A stretch of DNA of 64,000 nt, taken from NCBI GenBank assembly GCA_020435415.1, contig JAGQZQ010000001.1, positions 26,228 to 90,227 on the forward strand, given 5' to 3'. A program made the translations under genes and the position numbers. The stretch is from Flavobacteriales bacterium (lineage in GTDB: Bacteria; Bacteroidota; Bacteroidia; JACJYZ01). The notes under the pieces are model-generated. The model was given only the letters and a program-made list of their open reading frames with translations, was not told where the DNA came from and did not search any database. Of the stretch, positions 59,549-64,000 are shown piece by piece (position 1 is the stretch's first letter; each line of letters starts with the position of its first letter).

Positions 59549-60490
59549 CTAACTCCTGCCTACTGACCTAATCTTCTCCGCCAGAAACACCGCCAGCTTC
59601 TCGTACGACTCATACGACCATCCGGCAATGTGCGGGGTGATGATGGCATTCGGATTGTCTATCAGGTATTGCAATGGCCCGGGAATTGCGTCGGTGGATA
59701 GTTTTTCGAATGACGACTTTTCATACTCCAGAACATCCAGACCGGCGCCGATCACCTTCCCTTTCTTCATTGCATCTGCGAGGTCGGAGGTATTTACAAC
59801 CGCTCCACGGGACGTGTTGATGAGGTAGATATTCTTGATGAAGCGATCCAGGTATGCCGCATTAACCAGTCCTCGTGTTTCGTCGGACAGCGGTACATGT
59901 AAGCTCAGGATATCTGCCTGGGCGAATATCTCATCCATCGACACACTGCGCACCATACCTTCCTCGATCATTGGCAGGTAAGGATCAAACACCATGACTT
60001 CCGTAGTGAATCCCCTCAGACGACGAGCAAGTGCGGAACCGGTATTTCCATAACCGATGATGGCTACGGTTTTTTCGTCGAGTTCTATCCCGCGGTTGGC
60101 TTCACGTTCCCATTTTCCCGCGCGTACTTCATCCCATGAACGGGAAATGTTTTTTGTAAGTGACAGCATCAGACCCAGCGCATGATCTCCCACCGCATCG
60201 CGATTGCCTTCCGGTGCGGAAAAGCAACGAATGCCTTTTTCTTCGGCATAAGCCACATCTATGTTCTCCATGCCGGAGCCATAACGTGCAATCCATTTAA
60301 GATTGCCAGCACGGTCGATAAACTCCCGGTTCACGGGAAACTTGCTGCGGATGACCAGCCCCTCGTAATTCGGGATGAGGTCATACGCTTCTTCAGGGGT
60401 AATGTCATATTGAAGATCGCATTCCCACCCATCACCGGAAAGGAGGCTCATCATCCGTTCGTGCACACTGTCTGCAAAAAGGACTTTCAT
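59549..60490 (-). CDS. D-isomer-specific 2-hydroxyacid dehydrogenase (NAD-binding; PGDH-like)
   Basis: 313 aa. Rossmann GxGxxG (IIGYGNTG) and catalytic R/E/H arrangement of the D-2-HADH family. Confidence 0.8.
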   Translation of the reverse strand: MKVLFADSVHERMMSLLSGDGWECDLQYDITPEEAYDLIPNYEGLVIRSKFPVNREFIDRAGNLKWIARYGSGMENIDVAYAEEKGIRCFSAPEGNRDAVGDHALGLMLSLTKNISRSWDEVRAGKWEREANRGIELDEKTVAIIGYGNTGSALARRLRGFTTEVMVFDPYLPMIEEGMVRSVSMDEIFAQADILSLHVPLSDETRGLVNAAYLDRFIKNIYLINTSRGAVVNTSDLADAMKKGKVIGAGLDVLEYEKSSFEKLSTDAIPGPLQYLIDNPNAIITPHIAGWSYESYEKLAVFLAEKIRSVGRS

Positions 60491-60706
60491 GTTTTTTCGG
60501 AGGTTAATAATTAGAGGTTTCTGGTTAAAAGTTTAAGGTTCGTTAACGGGGTTATCGTATATCCATAAACCAATGTAGCATCATGGGAGTTCACTTGATC
60601 ATACCTTTTGTCCCTGGATGGATGCATATCACCAAACCAGCCTGCCTCGCAATAGTCCAAGCGTCGGCTGGCAGGTCATCACATCACCAATTCACCACAT
60701 CAACTA

Positions 60707-62059
60707 TCATCCATATATCATGTGGCCGATGGTGAAGTAGACCAGCAAGCCAAGTACATCATTGGTGGTAGTGATAAAAGGACCTGTTGCCAATGCAGGA
60801 TCTATCTTATACCGATGCAACATGAGGGGAATCAGGGTCCCAAAGATAGAGGCAAAAATAATAACGGTCATTAATGCGGAACTTACCGTGAAGCTTAACA
60901 TCAGATCATTGTTGAATATCCAGTTGTAGATCAGCAGAACGGCAGAGCAAATAGCGCCATTGATGAGGGAGACAGAAAGCTCCTTCATCACCTTCGAGAA
61001 AATATTGTTAAACTCCAGGGATTTATTTGCCAGACCCTGAACGATGATTGCGGAAGACTGCACACCCACATTTCCTCCCATGGCCGCAATCAGGGGTATG
61101 AAAAATGCCATGGACGGATTGATCTGTAGTTGCTGTTCATGTGAACTGATCACCTGTGCACCCAACAGACCACCCAACAGACCGATCAGCAGCCAGGGTA
61201 ATCGTGCCCTCGAAAGTACCCAAACGCGGTCACGCTGTTCCACATTGCCGGAGATACCGGATGCCAGCTGGTAATCACGGTCGGCTTCTTCCTGCATCAC
61301 ATCCACCACGTCGTCAATCGTAATGCGACCGATCAACCGTTTGTGGTCATCCACCACCGGCAGCACAACCAGGTCATATTTTTTCATGATGACAGCCACT
61401 TCCTCGCCAGGGGTATCGGCACTTACGGAAATCACATCTTCATCATAAGCATTTGCCACTTTGGTTATGGTAGGATGCACCAACATATTCTTGAGTGGAA
61501 GTAATCCCACCAGACGATCTTCGTCATCCACTACATACACAGCGTATACATCATCCACCTCCTCAGCCTGCTTGCGCAACTCATCAATACACGTATGAAT
61601 ATCCCACGTAGTTCGGGCCTTGATCAGTTCCTTGGCCATCAGACCACCGGCGGAATCCTCATCGTAACCCATCAGGTGTACAATGTCACTGGCCTGCTCA
61701 ATGTCCTCCATGTGGGTGAGGACTTCCTGCTTTTTATCTTCCGGCAGCAGGGCCATGAGGTCGGCAGCATCATCGGACTCGAGGTTCTCGATCACATCCT
61801 CAGCGATCTCACGGGATGTGAAGTTCTCGAGCAGTTCTTCCCGTTCGTCTTCATCCATTTCGATGATGACTTCGGCGACCTTTCCCTTCTCAAGCGACTG
61901 GTATAGCACCTTGACCTGGTCTACTTCCAGTTCATCAACAATCTCGGCAATATCCGCAGGGTGGAGGTGTTCGGTAAGCGAATTCAGCGCGACGGTGTCA
62001 TGCTGTTTGATGGCTTCCTTGATACCGGAGATCAGATCCTTTGTTAACTCAAAAGCCAT
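60707..62059 (-). CDS. mgtE: Magnesium transporter MgtE
   Basis: MgtE_N domain, a CBS pair, then a C-terminal 5-TM MgtE domain. 450 aa. Confidence 0.9.
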   Translation of the reverse strand: MAFELTKDLISGIKEAIKQHDTVALNSLTEHLHPADIAEIVDELEVDQVKVLYQSLEKGKVAEVIIEMDEDEREELLENFTSREIAEDVIENLESDDAADLMALLPEDKKQEVLTHMEDIEQASDIVHLMGYDEDSAGGLMAKELIKARTTWDIHTCIDELRKQAEEVDDVYAVYVVDDEDRLVGLLPLKNMLVHPTITKVANAYDEDVISVSADTPGEEVAVIMKKYDLVVLPVVDDHKRLIGRITIDDVVDVMQEEADRDYQLASGISGNVEQRDRVWVLSRARLPWLLIGLLGGLLGAQVISSHEQQLQINPSMAFFIPLIAAMGGNVGVQSSAIIVQGLANKSLEFNNIFSKVMKELSVSLINGAICSAVLLIYNWIFNNDLMLSFTVSSALMTVIIFASIFGTLIPLMLHRYKIDPALATGPFITTTNDVLGLLVYFTIGHMIYG

Positions 62060-62073
62060 GTCCTGCGCACAAT

Positions 62074-62841
62074 TTAGGTTCTATCCGGCCGTAGGGCCCG
62101 GGCGAGTTCGTCAAATGCTTCAACCGATAACTCTTCTGCCCTTTTGGTTAGGTATGGGACCTCACCGAACGAGGGCAAAATAACGGTTTTTAGTGCATTC
62201 CTCAAAGTCTTTCTGCGTTGATTGAATGCCAGCTTCACAACTTGTCGGAACCACTTCTCATCGGCAAGAATGCGGGGCGTCTCTCTGCGCACCAGCCGTA
62301 TCACGGATGACTTCACCTTAGGCGGTGGAAAGAATGCTCCCGGCTGTAATGTCATGACCTGTTCAACTTCATAATAGGCCTGGATCAGCACACTCAGAAT
62401 ACCGTAAGTTTTACTGCCCGGTTGCTCCCTGACCCTATCAGCCACTTCCTTCTGGAACATTCCCACCACCAGCGGTATCATCGGGCGATTGTCCAGAATC
62501 CTGAATAATATCTGCGAAGAGATGTTATACGGAAAATTGCCGATGACTGCCAATGACAGGCATTCTGTTTGTGCCGGGTCCCATTTCAGAAAGTCTTCCA
62601 GGAACAATTGCGGTTTGATGGCAGGAATCAGGTCAGTCACGAAGGCTGCCGCCTCGGGGTCTATTTCCACCACATAGAGTTTATCACCATACGTTGTCTG
62701 CAGGTGCTGGGTGAGGATACCTTTCCCCGGACCTACCTCGACGACCTTCTCAAAATCGATACCCTGCAAGGCCTGCACGATCTGAAGTGCCGTGTTGGTG
62801 TCGGTAAGGAAGTGCTGTCCGAAATGCTTTTTGGGTCGCAT
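62074..62841 (-). CDS. rsmA: 16S rRNA (adenine1518/1519-N6)-dimethyltransferase
   Basis: N-terminus KKHFGQHFL and SAM motif VVEVGPGKGILT. Confidence 0.9.
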   Translation of the reverse strand: MRPKKHFGQHFLTDTNTALQIVQALQGIDFEKVVEVGPGKGILTQHLQTTYGDKLYVVEIDPEAAAFVTDLIPAIKPQLFLEDFLKWDPAQTECLSLAVIGNFPYNISSQILFRILDNRPMIPLVVGMFQKEVADRVREQPGSKTYGILSVLIQAYYEVEQVMTLQPGAFFPPPKVKSSVIRLVRRETPRILADEKWFRQVVKLAFNQRRKTLRNALKTVILPSFGEVPYLTKRAEELSVEAFDELARALRPDRT

Positions 62842-62928
62842 GCCCGAAAATAGAAAGATTATTCCGACTGTCGTTTAACTTCATCACAGTGGTTATGTAT
62901 CTTCGTATGTAATCAATGTAACGGTATC

Positions 62929-63816
62929 ATGAAAAAACTGCTTTTTCTCACGTACCTGATGTTGACCGCTTTCGGATCGGTTTTCGCACAGGACGACTAT
63001 GCCGATACCACCAACGGGAAAGCTTATGAGCTGTATGTGGTTATCAAGAACGACGGCACTAAATATGTTGGCAAGATTATCTCGGACGACGCCCGGGAAT
63101 TACTTTTGGAAACAGAGAAGGTTGGTCAGATTTACATCCCCAAACATGAGATCAAAGAGGTGAAGAAGATTGAATCCGGACAGCTCTCCAAAGCCGGTGA
63201 GTTTATTGCGGATGATCTTTTTGCAACACGATATTTTATTTCAACCAATGGTTTGCCCGTAGCAAAAGGAGAGAGTTATATTCTCTGGAACCTGTACGGA
63301 CCCGATTTTCAGTTTGCGGTCAGCGATCATGTCACCGTTGGTGTTCTTACCTCATGGTTTGCGGTACCCATTATCGGTTCTGTCAAATATTCAGCGAGTC
63401 TCAGCGAGTATGTGCATGTGGGCGTTGGTGGACTTCTGGGTACCTTATCATATATAAGACCCAGTTGGGGAATGGCACTTCCCTATGGGACGCTTACGCT
63501 TGGGAACAAAAGAGCCAACATTAGCGTTTCCGGAGGTTACGGAGGTTATTTCGGTGACGGTGAATCCGGAGGCAGGGCATTGTTCGCAGTAGCCGGATTG
63601 GCCAAGATAAACACTAAATTTTCCTTTGTATTTGATTCATTTATCATTCCTCCAAAATCCGGTGAGCCCTGGGGCAGTGCCTATCTGTTTATACCCGGTT
63701 TGAGGATAGAAACGAAGGAAGATCGGGCCTTCCAGTTTGGATTTGCGGGTGCGACTTTTGAAGGTGAAACGGCTCCCATCCCGATCCCCATGATTCAATG
63801 GTTCAGAAAATTCTGA
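62929..63816 (+). CDS. Secreted hypothetical protein, possibly an outer-membrane beta-barrel
   Basis: Signal peptide MKKLLFLTYLMLTAFGSVFAQ. Gly/aromatic-rich beta-strand pattern. C-terminal F. Confidence 0.55.
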   Translation: MKKLLFLTYLMLTAFGSVFAQDDYADTTNGKAYELYVVIKNDGTKYVGKIISDDARELLLETEKVGQIYIPKHEIKEVKKIESGQLSKAGEFIADDLFATRYFISTNGLPVAKGESYILWNLYGPDFQFAVSDHVTVGVLTSWFAVPIIGSVKYSASLSEYVHVGVGGLLGTLSYIRPSWGMALPYGTLTLGNKRANISVSGGYGGYFGDGESGGRALFAVAGLAKINTKFSFVFDSFIIPPKSGEPWGSAYLFIPGLRIETKEDRAFQFGFAGATFEGETAPIPIPMIQWFRKF

Positions 63817-63817
63817 C

Positions 63818-64000
63818 ATGGATGTAGAAAAAATCCGCAACATCTGTCTCGGGAAACCGGGTACCACGGAAGACATGAAGTGGGGCGATCACTTATGCTT
63901 TTGCGTGGCTGGAAAAATATACCTGATCCTGGGTATGGATGACCATCCGGTTACCGCATCCGTAAAAGTAACAGATGATGAATTCGAAACATGGAGCCGG
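63818..64000 (+). CDS. MmcQ/YjbR-family protein, 3'-partial (continues past the window end)
   Basis: MDVEKIRNICLGKPGTTEDMKWGDHLCF is a conserved YjbR N-terminus. Confidence 0.6.
   Translation, partial: MDVEKIRNICLGKPGTTEDMKWGDHLCFCVAGKIYLILGMDDHPVTASVKVTDDEFETWSR

Noticed and set aside
1-64000. A mobile genetic element (integrase, transposase, IS or phage genes)
   Set aside because: No recombinase-like or transposase-like ORF was recognisable in any frame. The accessory regions appear to be small insertions or duplications, not an intact island.

Overview
This 64-kb window looks like chromosomal DNA from a Bacteroidetes bacterium. The taxonomic call rests on two secreted proteins with type IX secretion (T9SS) C-terminal sorting domains, a conserved coaX / lptC-like / CBS-hemolysin-like / ppiD-like envelope gene cluster, and a TAnnTTTG-type -7 promoter motif.

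Most of the window is housekeeping:
- Metabolism: hemL, kynureninase, gcvP, fumC, purH, fbp, lysC.
- Transport: mlaEF-like ABC genes, feoAB, mgtE.
- Information processing: prfB (with the programmed +1 frameshift), recX, mfd, rsmA, tRNA-Phe.
- Cell shape: a complete mreBCD-mrdA-rodA operon.

Five regions look accessory or unusual:
1. A six-gene, overlapping, co-directional sensory operon at 24396-32700: cheR, a receiver-less cheB, a 1312-aa hybrid histidine kinase with an MCP-like N-terminus and three receiver domains, a REC-HK gene, a CheY-like RR and a REC-PP2C phosphatase. It has CheR and CheB but no CheA or CheW. This is the best candidate for an uncharacterised signalling system.
2. Three tandem, roughly 85% identical lipoprotein genes, each duplicated together with its promoter leader (46232-48110).
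3. A higBA toxin-antitoxin cassette sitting between two paralogous DUF1059 genes in an AT-rich patch.
4. A truncated second copy of the tRNA-Phe 5' half, carrying a 40-nt hairpin insertion, plus a repeat cluster just downstream of the intact tRNA-Phe.
5. Short sequence features: a 26-bp perfect palindrome in a divergent promoter, (GGTGATGT)n-type repeats in the 3' UTRs of three genes, ATTCTTAA direct repeats, and an unannotated 54-aa lipoprotein ORF upstream of feoAB.

I found no integrase, transposase, CRISPR array or rRNA gene in the window.
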